DNA of 64,000 nt from a virus, in the UHGV virus genome UHGV-0275551. One strand, given 5' to 3'. This document shows positions 9,456 through 17,361 of this stretch, piece by piece. The first letter of the stretch is position 1, and each line of letters starts with the position of its first letter. Under the pieces are notes generated by a model. That model searched no databases, was not told where the DNA came from, and saw nothing but the letters and a program-made list of their open reading frames with translations. Both the position numbers and the translations under genes were made by a program.

Positions 9456-10104
9456 ATAAAATTTTATCGGTTGTCCCAACCTCTGGGTCACCATCATATG
9501 TGAATAAAATATCTATCCTTCTTAACAACCTCCTTAGTCTTACTCTCTATATAGTTATATAGTACTATATAGTATCTTAGTAACTATCTAGTGGTCTTAA
9601 TAGCCCCCCTGTATAAGCCTTCTAACTAGCCCTTTAATAAGCCCTCTAAACACTCTTCTAACAAGCCTTCTTAACAACCTATACAATCACCTTAACCATC
9701 TCTCTATACCCTCTTAGAAGCTCCTATACACCTCTTAATCTCTATGTCAGCTATGATACCCTCTATAGATGTTCACTAGGTACTACTAAGCCTCTATATA
9801 GACTGTTTTAACAAACTTAACAGGAATATCTTCACAGACCTTATCTCACAAGGTCTAACACGGTACTAACAAGGTATCTTATAAGCCTGTTTCTACCTGT
9901 ATTTTTAAAAGACTGTATAGGTAATTATTCAGAATTTTAAAATTTTTATAAAATAAGACTATCAAGTCATTTTTTAGGGTCTTTGAAGGAACTCAAAAAT
10001 ATCTGTAGAAGATGTATATCTGCTTGGTAGCCCTTAACAACTCCCTTACAAGTACTTTGCAAAATTTTAAAATATCCTTAACAATCTCTTAACAGTTCTC
10101 ACAA

Positions 10105-10176
10105 GCTCTTAACAACTCTTCAAAGCTCTTAACAACTCTTCAAAGCTCTTAACAACTCTTCAAAGCTCTTAACAGA
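10105..10176. repeat. perfect 20-bp tandem repeat (GCTCTTAACAACTCTTCAAA) x3 plus a partial fourth copy
   Basis: Read directly at 10105-10124, 10125-10144, 10145-10164. Confidence 0.9.
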
Positions 10177-11058
10177 TTCTTAACAGAACTAACAAGGATG
10201 TAACAGTTTCTTAACAGTTGATACATAGGCTTTACAGAATCTTAACAGATGACTAACAAGAGCTAACAAGTTAATTTTTAAGAGTTATTTTGTAGGGATA
10301 ATTAACAAGTTCCTAACAAGTGTTTAATCTTTTTAACAAGCTATTAACATGGTCACTATCTCTTTTCTTATCGTTCCCTTTCCCTCTTAGTGATTCTCTA
10401 AATAGCCCTCTTAAAAGCTCTCTATAGCTCCTTGTAAGCTCTTTTAAGTCTCTTCCTAGTAATTACACCCCAACTATACAGACACCTCTTTATAGGGCTT
10501 TACAGAGGCTTTAAAGGCTATGCTAAAGACTCTTACAAGGCTTTTACGTGGTCTTAACAGAGATTTAACAAGGGGCTAACAAGTCTCTAACAAGTGCCTT
10601 AAAAGCATAACTATGTAGGGATTGTTAAGAAATTGTTAAGAAAATGTTAAGGGGGCTAGCATTTACGTAACTTTATAGCCTCTTTTACGTAACTTTTGAG
10701 TAACTTTATAGCCCCTATAACATACTTTAAAGGAACTACCAAGCCCTTTTTAGTAGTTCACAAGAATACTAACGAGATGATAAAGCTTACACCCTTATAA
10801 GATTCTTCTAAGGCTCTGGGAAGCTCTATAAAGGGCTTTTTAGAGTGGGTTAATATGATTGCTTAAGTTAGGTTGATAAGGCTGTTATAGAGCGTTATAG
10901 AGCGTTTAAGGGGTTGCCCTTCCCTTTCGGGTTATGGGCTTATATTTAAGTTGATTTGATAAAAGGTTATAGAGTAGACTATAGAGTTATTGCTTTTAAG
11001 GTCTGATAAGATTCTGGAAAGGGAAGGGAAAGGGTTGTATAAGGATTTGATAGACGTA

Positions 11059-11105
11059 AAAAAGCCCCATTTAAGGGGCTGTAAAGGTATCTGGGGCTAT
11101 TTAGC
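11059..11105 (-). terminator. terminator hairpins ending the minus-strand small-gene cluster
   Basis: On minus strand AGCCCC-uuaaau-GGGGCU followed by UUUUUU; second hairpin GGGGC-tattta-GCCCC adjacent. Confidence 0.6.
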
Positions 11106-11118
11106 CCCGTTGCGTCGA

Positions 11119-11367
11119 TTAGTTGTAGCCTTGTTTGCTGTAGTATAGAGAGACAATCAAGTCACCCCAATAATGGTAGTGAGATTCCTCGTTTATGGCT
11201 TCTTTTACGGCATCTTTCCAGAAGTCATCAGTAGGGTTATAATCTGGTATCACCTGCTGAATCAGCATTTTGATAAGGTCAAAGGTGTTATCTGTTCCAC
11301 CGATATCGAATTTTGCATCAAGTTTGTGGCAGCCATAAGCATTAACAGTTACGCGGATAGTTGACAT
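11119..11367 (-). CDS. hypothetical protein
   Basis: 82-aa ORF immediately downstream of a type-A cassette. Confidence 0.55.
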   Translation of the reverse strand: MSTIRVTVNAYGCHKLDAKFDIGGTDNTFDLIKMLIQQVIPDYNPTDDFWKDAVKEAINEESHYHYWGDLIVSLYYSKQGYN

Positions 11368-11434
11368 AATTTAGATTCTCCAGTTTAGGACTTTGTTTAG
11401 TGGGAAGGTCATTCCCTCCCCGTTGATTAGTAAT
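11368..11434 (-). promoter_or_regulatory. type-A promoter/leader cassette
   Basis: TTGCAA-N17-TAAATT, leader hairpin (GGGGAGGGAATGACCTTCCCC family), SD, then ATG. Confidence 0.6.
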
Positions 11435-11698
11435 TTACTGCATATTGGCGTAGGTTGCAAGCCTTTTTTCGTTGTATTTTGTCAGAATTTCACAAGATAG
11501 AACATCGTACATTGTAACCGCTTTGCTTTTGTCGAGGTCAAAAAAGCCAAATGCTTTACCATCTTTGAATCCGACAACTTCGTAAGATTCTTTAATGATT
11601 TCACCATTGAACAAATCACTTTCGATACGGTGAAACAACGCTACGTCTTCTTTGTTAGTTGCAATCTGCAATAGTGTGGTTAATTCTACGTGTTCCAT
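11435..11698 (-). CDS. hypothetical protein
   Basis: Track ORF runs in-frame through the cassette; likely start is the ATG right after the conserved SD (MEHVELTT...). Confidence 0.55.
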   Translation of the reverse strand: MEHVELTTLLQIATNKEDVALFHRIESDLFNGEIIKESYEVVGFKDGKAFGFFDLDKSKAVTMYDVLSCEILTKYNEKRLATYANMQ

Positions 11699-11800
11699 TT
11701 TTGAATCTCCTAGTTTAAGGACTTTACTTAGTGGGAAGGTTAATCCCTCCCCGTTGATTGACAATTTACAGACTTTTGATTGTCTCGTCAATATCTTTTT
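11699..11800 (-). promoter_or_regulatory. type-A promoter/leader cassette
   Basis: TTGACG-N17-TAAATT; leader hairpin; SD TAGGAG. Confidence 0.6.
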
Positions 11801-12296
11801 CAATATCTTTTAAAGTTTTTTCTAAGTTCTTGATATTGAAGGATAAGCCTTCACCGAGAGTCTTAGAATAACCGCTAGGACGTAAATCATAAAGGCAAAT
11901 TTGTTCTACATTGGAGAGGTTGACCATTTCACCGCTTACATCATAAGCTATTGATACGGTGTTTTCAGGGGCTTTATAGAACTTGTTAAGATTCTTGATA
12001 GAACGTTCATAAGCCATTTTATAACCATTTAAAAGGTCTTTAACGTGGTTGCGAACGTTTTTACACTCATCTAAGTAAATACCTAAGAATAGCGGTAACA
12101 GTTCTGCTACAGCTTGCATAAAGTGAGATACTACAACAGTAGAAACATTACGACGATGTATATAATAAGCCCCGTTTTCTGATTTAGTGATAGTTGCAAA
12201 GTGTACACCGTTGCAACGAAATTCGAAGGTATCTTTAACGGGTTTAGTCATAACGTTAGATGAGCGAATGTAGTTGATAGCTTGAAACTTGTTCAT
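11766..12296 (-). CDS. hypothetical protein
   Basis: 176-aa ORF starting right after a type-A cassette. Confidence 0.6.
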   Translation of the reverse strand: MNKFQAINYIRSSNVMTKPVKDTFEFRCNGVHFATITKSENGAYYIHRRNVSTVVVSHFMQAVAELLPLFLGIYLDECKNVRNHVKDLLNGYKMAYERSIKNLNKFYKAPENTVSIAYDVSGEMVNLSNVEQICLYDLRPSGYSKTLGEGLSFNIKNLEKTLKDIEKDIDETIKSL

Positions 12297-12400
12297 TTTG
12301 AATCTCCTAGTTTAAGGACTTTACTTAGTGGGGAAGGTCATTCCCTCCCCGTTGATTAGTACTATACTTGTTTTGATTTGCCTTTGCAAGCAATTTTTAA
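12297..12400 (-). promoter_or_regulatory. type-A promoter/leader cassette
   Basis: TTGCAA-N17-TATAGT; leader hairpin; SD. Confidence 0.55.
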
Positions 12401-12516
12401 GTTTATCTATAAAGAATCTATTAAGTGAATCCCTTTTAGATAACCCCCTCGAACAAAGTTACCAATGTCAATGGGTATTGTCAACACTTTTTTAAAAGTT
12501 TTTTGTAAGTTATTGA

Positions 12517-12858
12517 TTAACTTATGAATATTTTTTCAGGCTTTACATAGCTGATACGCTGACTTTTTAGCAGGTCATCCCAGATTAAAGCGGCAATATG
12601 TGCATAACCGGATTCACGTAAAAGCTTCATTGTTTTACTTCTCGTTTCAAAACGGCTTGCGTAGTATTCACTGTTCAAGGTCGTTTTATTCCCTTCGTTA
12701 TCTGTATGGATGATTTGCATCACTTGAAAGGGGCTTACACCCTCGCCTTTGTTCCACTGTTCAAAGTATTTTAGGCACTGCATAGGTGACATCTTATCAC
12801 TTACTTGAGTTGACCAAGATGAGCCAGCTTTATCGGTAATTACGGTTACATAAGCCAT
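12517..12858 (-). CDS. hypothetical protein
   Basis: 113-aa ORF after a type-B cassette. Confidence 0.6.
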   Translation of the reverse strand: MAYVTVITDKAGSSWSTQVSDKMSPMQCLKYFEQWNKGEGVSPFQVMQIIHTDNEGNKTTLNSEYYASRFETRSKTMKLLRESGYAHIAALIWDDLLKSQRISYVKPEKIFIS

Positions 12859-12943
12859 TTTAGAATCTCCAGTTTAGGATTTAGTGGTAAAGCTCTTTAT
12901 CTGGGGCTTACTATACAGACTAATAAGCCCCATGTAAAGTACT
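12859..12943 (-). promoter_or_regulatory. type-B promoter cassette
   Basis: TTTACA-N17-TATAGT with inverted repeat GGGGCTTA/TAAGCCCC flanking the -10; conserved leader; SD GGAG. Confidence 0.6.
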
Positions 12944-13192
12944 TTAAGCGTCTTTATATTCTATCTCTGTGCACTCACCTTTTACTAGCTCAAAGGTCCA
13001 AATAATTCGTTTATACTCAATCACTACTACAGTAACAAGGTCAGTCCTCTTCTCATTGGTTTTAAAGTCTATTGTGTGGGTATACTCATAACTAGTCTTA
13101 TCCTTAATTTCCCCGTAGCGTCTACACTCTTTATAGACTTCATCCATTAAGCCATTGCTAACCATGTTTTTTAGTTGAGTTTTAGTATACAT
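12944..13192 (-). CDS. hypothetical protein
   Basis: 82-aa ORF after a type-A cassette. Confidence 0.55.
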   Translation of the reverse strand: MYTKTQLKNMVSNGLMDEVYKECRRYGEIKDKTSYEYTHTIDFKTNEKRTDLVTVVVIEYKRIIWTFELVKGECTEIEYKDA

Positions 13193-13285
13193 TTTTTGGA
13201 ATCTCCTAGTTTAAGGACTTTACTTAGTGGGGAAGGTCATTCCCTCCCCGTTGATTGATAATTTACAGACTTTTATCAGGCTTGT
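13193..13285 (-). promoter_or_regulatory. type-A promoter/leader cassette
   Basis: TAGACA-N17-TAAATT; leader hairpin; SD. Confidence 0.55.
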
Positions 13286-13519
13286 CTAGTCTTTTTCAAT
13301 GATAATTTCATATTGACCATCGACACTGTCGAAATAGATTCCTTCGTCATCTTCTGTCTTAAAGTAACATTGTATATCATCACTGGCGGGGTAGTCTTGT
13401 CTTGCTATCTGGCAAACTTGAATAGCATTTTCTTTACTTCCTGTAAACTCTTCAAGCCCTTTAAAGTCACATGAATGGCCGTTACAAATGGAAAGGATGA
13501 GATAAATGGTTGTAAGCAT
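13286..13519 (-). CDS. hypothetical protein
   Basis: 77-aa ORF; preceded by hairpin CCCCT-gtaa-AGGGG plus U-run rather than a typed cassette. Confidence 0.5.
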   Translation of the reverse strand: MLTTIYLILSICNGHSCDFKGLEEFTGSKENAIQVCQIARQDYPASDDIQCYFKTEDDEGIYFDSVDGQYEIIIEKD

Positions 13520-13585
13520 GATTTAAGCCCTCTAAAAGCCCCTGTAAGGGGTTAATCAGTGTTTATAAGGTGAATGTATAGGTTT

Positions 13586-14128
13586 TTAGAAAAAGACCTT
13601 TAAATCACTCTCTACAATGTTTTCTGTCAGTGTATCCATGATGTCACAAAAAACCTGAATACTGTCGGATTGTTGGATACTTTTAGCAAGTAGCTCCAAT
13701 GTTTCATCAAGATAATTTAAATTTGGGTTATCCAGTGAAGGGAGACAAAAAGGTGAATACATAGCGTTGAACTCTGTTGTATAGACCTTTTTAATCCAAT
13801 TTACATCAAAGTACTCTGTAAAGCTTGCTATATTTGACACGTTATCACAAGAATAATCATCATTTAGCTCATCCTCTGGAATGTCAAGTTCTAAGATAAC
13901 AATATTTTGAGTTTTCATCTGAAAAGCTGCCGTGATAGTGGCATTTCCTAGAGCTTGCTGGATACCTTCCGATGCTATCTCTTCCTCATCATCACCATAG
14001 AGTTTATTTTCTGGGTACACGTAAAAATTGCCGTCCATATCCGAACAATTCCATACACCTGATGGTTTATCACCGTTATTAATCAGGTTGATAAAGTTTT
14101 CTTGAGTAGTACCGTGAAAGCATTTCAT
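13586..14128 (-). CDS. hypothetical protein
   Basis: 180-aa ORF after a type-B cassette. Confidence 0.6.
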   Translation of the reverse strand: MKCFHGTTQENFINLINNGDKPSGVWNCSDMDGNFYVYPENKLYGDDEEEIASEGIQQALGNATITAAFQMKTQNIVILELDIPEDELNDDYSCDNVSNIASFTEYFDVNWIKKVYTTEFNAMYSPFCLPSLDNPNLNYLDETLELLAKSIQQSDSIQVFCDIMDTLTENIVESDLKVFF

Positions 14129-14221
14129 TTTGAATCTCCTAGTTTAAGGATTTAGTGGTAAAGCTCTTTATCTGGGGCTTACTTTATCGAACTATAAGCC
14201 CCTTGTAAAGTACTTTATCAG
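14129..14221 (-). promoter_or_regulatory. type-B promoter cassette
   Basis: TTTACA-N17-TAAAGT; inverted repeat GGGGCTTA/TAAGCCCC; SD. Confidence 0.6.
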
Positions 14222-14419
14222 TTAATTTTTGACAACTTTTAAAACTGCAAGATAACCTAAGCAATAAGAATCACCGAAGAGAGTTCTACCCATGAAAGAA
14301 TCATCTTTGATATCCTTTGCAGTGACTGTTTTTTCTACGCCGTGGGAAAGAACTACATCACCAACTTTAATGTCTTTGATGTGCGTGGTTTCAATGGTTA
14401 AACCGTTGATAATAGCCAT
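14222..14419 (-). CDS. hypothetical protein
   Basis: 65-aa ORF after a type-A cassette. Confidence 0.5.
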   Translation of the reverse strand: MAIINGLTIETTHIKDIKVGDVVLSHGVEKTVTAKDIKDDSFMGRTLFGDSYCLGYLAVLKVVKN

Positions 14420-14520
14420 TTTGAATCTCCTAGTTTAAGGACTTTACTTAGTGGGGAAGGTCATTCCCTCCCCGTTGATGTGTAATTTAATCTATCTAAA
14501 AATCAGTGTCAATAAAATTT
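14420..14520 (-). promoter_or_regulatory. type-A promoter/leader cassette
   Basis: TTGACA-N17-TAAATT; leader hairpin; SD; about 95 nt near-identical to 15284-15372. Confidence 0.65.
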
Positions 14521-14925
14521 TTAGAGTTCTGCATAAATTGCGTCGCAGATGTCACGAAAGTCATGATTTGCCAAATTACGTTGTAACCAAGTGGCAAAGA
14601 AATCAGCGATTGCAAAATTAGCATCATACTCAACAGATAGCCACACTTTCACGGCAAATCTAAACATTTTCAAGTCTAACTCTTTATTCATTACCTTAGA
14701 TTTGCCTAACATGTCGACCATTTCATATTGTGCACCGTCTAGCGTGATACCTGCTGCAACGTCAGCCAATGAGTTTTTTACGTTTTCAACGTCTAAGATA
14801 ACGCTTTGAATCTTTCCGATAATGTTGTGCAATGTTTCATCCGGTGCTGATGATGTAATAACATTGATTCGATTAACGGTTAAACGTGCTTTTAAGATTG
14901 ACAACTCACGATTATTAATAGCCAT
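14521..14925 (-). CDS. hypothetical protein
   Basis: 134-aa ORF after a type-B cassette. Confidence 0.6.
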   Translation of the reverse strand: MAINNRELSILKARLTVNRINVITSSAPDETLHNIIGKIQSVILDVENVKNSLADVAAGITLDGAQYEMVDMLGKSKVMNKELDLKMFRFAVKVWLSVEYDANFAIADFFATWLQRNLANHDFRDICDAIYAEL

Positions 14926-15010
14926 TTTAGAATCTCCAATTTAGGATTGAGTGGTAAAGCTCTTTATCTGGGGCTTACTGTACAGACTTATAAGCCCCCT
15001 GTAAAGTACT
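14926..15010 (-). promoter_or_regulatory. type-B promoter cassette
   Basis: TTTACA-N17-TACAGT; inverted repeat; SD. Confidence 0.6.
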
Positions 15011-15283
15011 TTATACTAAGTGCAATTTTTTACCTTTTACTATAATGTAACTCGATGTGCTATTGCTGCAAACATCCTGATAAATTCTGCGCAAACGTCC
15101 TTCATAGTATACTTTCCAGCTAGTTGGAATCTTTTTGCCGTATCCGGTAGCAGTTTTTTGGAGTCCTGCGAATTGCCAATCTAAGATATGTTGCTCAGCC
15201 TGTAAATCCTCAAAGTGCATCACACCGTCTACATAGTGACGTAGAGTGACATTTAAAGTGAGACCGTTGTTAGTAGTATACAT
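15011..15283 (-). CDS. hypothetical protein
   Basis: 90-aa ORF after a type-A cassette. Confidence 0.55.
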   Translation of the reverse strand: MYTTNNGLTLNVTLRHYVDGVMHFEDLQAEQHILDWQFAGLQKTATGYGKKIPTSWKVYYEGRLRRIYQDVCSNSTSSYIIVKGKKLHLV

Positions 15284-15372
15284 TTTAGAATCTCCTAGTT
15301 TAAGGACTTTATTTAGTAGGGTGGTTATTGCCTCCCCGTTGATGTGTAATTTAATCTATCTAAAAACCAGTG
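15284..15372 (-). promoter_or_regulatory. type-A promoter/leader cassette
   Basis: TTGACA-N17-TAAATT; variant leader hairpin; SD. Confidence 0.65.
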
Positions 15373-15705
15373 TCAACAGTTTTGTTTTCGTTTGCTCAAC
15401 TCTTGAACAATTACAGTATGATAGTCTTTTAAGTCACTAATATTTAAAGCATTTATCAGAGAATTATAATCATCGACTAATTGAAAATCATCTTTGAAAA
15501 TGTCGCTGATTTGATAAGCTCTCGCCCTGAATCTGAAGCTCATTTCTAACCGCTTTAATTGTTCATCGCTCAACCGCTCTAGAAAGCTCATTACAAGGCT
15601 ATTGCTAACCTGTTGTGTGATTGCCTTATTTGCTAGATTATAGGCTTTATATGCCTTATAGAGCGCGAAAATGGCAATGATTGCAGTGATACCAGTCATT
15701 AACAT
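15373..15705 (-). CDS. hypothetical membrane-anchored protein
   Basis: 110-aa ORF, hydrophobic N-terminus, SD AGGAAG; overlaps upstream gene. Confidence 0.55.
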   Translation of the reverse strand: MLMTGITAIIAIFALYKAYKAYNLANKAITQQVSNSLVMSFLERLSDEQLKRLEMSFRFRARAYQISDIFKDDFQLVDDYNSLINALNISDLKDYHTVIVQELSKRKQNC

Positions 15706-15995
15706 GGTGCTTCCTCTTTACGTGACACTTTGCCATTTACAGTTATCTCATAAGAATCTAGTAAATCGCTTTTAGATTTGACAGGACTTTTAAGAGTATC
15801 ATCATAGATATTGACTTGCAATACAGGTTTTTTATACTCCCTGCAACTATTCCATAAGCAAATCACTACACGACGACCTTTTATTTTGCCGTGTAACCAT
15901 TCCATAACATCATGGCTATTTCTTGATGTTTCAATGAAATCAATTTTGTTGAGTAATTTGCTTAGATTTTCACGAACTTTATTTGATAATTTCAT
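15699..15995 (-). CDS. hypothetical protein
   Basis: 98-aa ORF after a type-B cassette. Confidence 0.55.
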   Translation of the reverse strand: MKLSNKVRENLSKLLNKIDFIETSRNSHDVMEWLHGKIKGRRVVICLWNSCREYKKPVLQVNIYDDTLKSPVKSKSDLLDSYEITVNGKVSRKEEAPC

Positions 15996-16083
15996 TTTTG
16001 AATCTCCAGTTTAGGATTGAGTGGTAAAGCTCTTTATCTGGGGCTTAAGATACCAACTTTTAAGCCCCTTGTAAAGTACTTTA
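15996..16083 (-). promoter_or_regulatory. type-B promoter cassette
   Basis: TTTACA-N17-TATCTT; inverted repeat; SD. Confidence 0.55.
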
Positions 16084-16373
16084 TCAGTTAATTTTCAGCT
16101 TTGCATAACCTCTCATTGTACGAATTGGAGATGTTAAGGCTACGCGTCTAATATATGCCTTTTTTGTGTATACATTTGTCTTTCCGATAGTGTTTACACA
16201 TGTAAAAAGATTTATTGGTGAATTTTTTAACTTCAACTGTTTATCAGCCTTCACACCCCATCTTACAGCAGATTGTTTTCCGTTGTCAACCACTTTCCCG
16301 CCTAACTTTTCGCTATGATGCGAGCGTCATCACGAGTTTTTACAGGAATTACAACGTTTTTGATAGTAGCCAT
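16084..16373 (-). pseudogene. small ORF interrupted by an apparent -1 frameshift in a 4-nt homopolymer (possible sequencing error or pseudogene)
   Basis: ATG at 16373 after the cassette SD opens a 23-codon frame ending at TAG 16302-16304; the 69-aa track ORF 16084-16293 is open in the -1 frame back to 16326; one extra A in the run at 16307-16310 would fuse them. Confidence 0.4.
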
Positions 16374-16461
16374 TTTTGAATCTCCAATTTAGGATTTAGT
16401 GGTAAAGCTCTTTATCTGGGGCTTACTTTATCGAACTATAAGCCCCTTGTAAAGTACTTTA
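16374..16461 (-). promoter_or_regulatory. type-B promoter cassette
   Basis: Identical in its core to the 14129-14221 copy. Confidence 0.6.
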
Positions 16462-16842
16462 TCAGTTAATTTTGAAGATTGTTACATAACCATCACTACC
16501 GATGATTTGAGACACTCCAGCTTTTTCTACTTGATAGCCCATATTTTCAAGATGATAAACAGCATCATCGTAACCATATGCGCCACCCTGATAACGTCTC
16601 TTATCGCATCTTATCAGGTTTTTACCACGTCCAGCAAGTGCATGTAAAATGGCTTTTTCGCTTGAAAGAGTACCATCTAGCATTGTCGCCGTGTAATGGT
16701 TGATTTTATTCCCATTGATATCATACTTAAAATTAAACGAGTGAACAACAATAACGTTACCTTTAAAATTCTCATCAAGTGACTTCTCCAGTGCGTTGCG
16801 AAAGTTGTCTTTGTTGATGAATTTAGGTGCACGGTATGCCAT
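16462..16842 (-). CDS. hypothetical protein
   Basis: 126-aa ORF after a type-A cassette. Confidence 0.6.
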   Translation of the reverse strand: MAYRAPKFINKDNFRNALEKSLDENFKGNVIVVHSFNFKYDINGNKINHYTATMLDGTLSSEKAILHALAGRGKNLIRCDKRRYQGGAYGYDDAVYHLENMGYQVEKAGVSQIIGSDGYVTIFKIN

Positions 16843-16960
16843 TTTGAATCTCCAGTTTAGGACTTTATTTAGTGGGGAAGGTCATTACCTCCCCGTTGAT
16901 GCAAATACTAGATAACCCCGTTCAAAGAGTCAAGAAAAATTTTAAAAATATTTTTGGAAA
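16843..16960 (-). promoter_or_regulatory. type-A promoter/leader cassette (first of the cluster)
   Basis: TTGACT-N17-TAGTAT; leader hairpin; SD. Confidence 0.55.
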
Positions 16961-17049
16961 AACTGTAATGAAACGTGCGCACACGACTACCACAAAACAG
17001 AACACAAATCAAGAATTATTTTTCAACCCGCTACAAATTTTTCTCTTGA

Positions 17050-17085
17050 CTTTTGGGGAGAGGTGGAGTAAGAGGGGGAGAGGGG
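17050..17085. repeat. purine-rich GA tract
   Basis: GGGGAGAGGTGGAGTAAGAGGGGGAGAGGGGTTGG. Confidence 0.8.
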
Positions 17086-17104
17086 TTGGTCTGGCTCTCT
17101 ATAA

Positions 17105-17295
17105 AAACCTACCTGCACGATTCTAAAATGATTTTTCTTGCCCGACCTGAGCGGGGTCTGCACGTTTTGAAAATGAAAAAGCTCTTTGGAGATTACCTGC
17201 ACAGTTTGAAAATGAATTTTCTCTTTGGAGTTCAAAATTCTCTCTACAGATTTCTCTACAGAACTCTACCTGCACAATCCTGAAATGAAAAAGCC
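17105..17295. repeat. array of four ~25-bp direct repeats (CCTGCAC-N5-TTTGAAAATGA family) plus duplicated CTCTTTGGAG
   Basis: Copies at about 17109, 17157, 17193 and 17267; lies upstream of the small-gene cluster on the minus strand. Confidence 0.7.
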
Positions 17296-17340
17296 CTCCT
17301 TACCTGAAAAATTTACCAGATAAGGAAGGCTTAGTCTATT
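17283..17340 (-). terminator. rho-independent terminator after the macro-domain gene
   Basis: Minus-strand imperfect hairpin GCCTTCCTTATCTGG / CAGGTAAGGAGGGC followed by CTTTTTCATTTC. Confidence 0.55.
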
Positions 17341-17361
17341 GTAAATATTATACAGAGTTTC

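Larger units (their letters stand above)
9414..11118. repeat. 1.7-kb non-coding, repeat-rich, pyrimidine-skewed region between convergent transcription units
   Basis: No credible ORF; dense TAACA(A/G) motifs; several short tandem repeat families; G-poor top strand. Confidence 0.8.

Noticed and set aside
11368-16960. Possible CRISPR array because of the regularly recurring 65-100 bp repeats
   Set aside because: The repeats are too long, fall into two classes, and are separated by 200-550 bp protein-coding ORFs with Shine-Dalgarno sequences rather than short spacers; they contain promoter hexamers
16872-17283. Three track ORFs (16872-17126 +, 17023-17235 -, 17053-17283 +) inside the intergenic repeat array
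   Set aside because: They overlap each other and the direct repeats and GA tract, lack Shine-Dalgarno sequences, and their low-complexity products look like repeat artefacts
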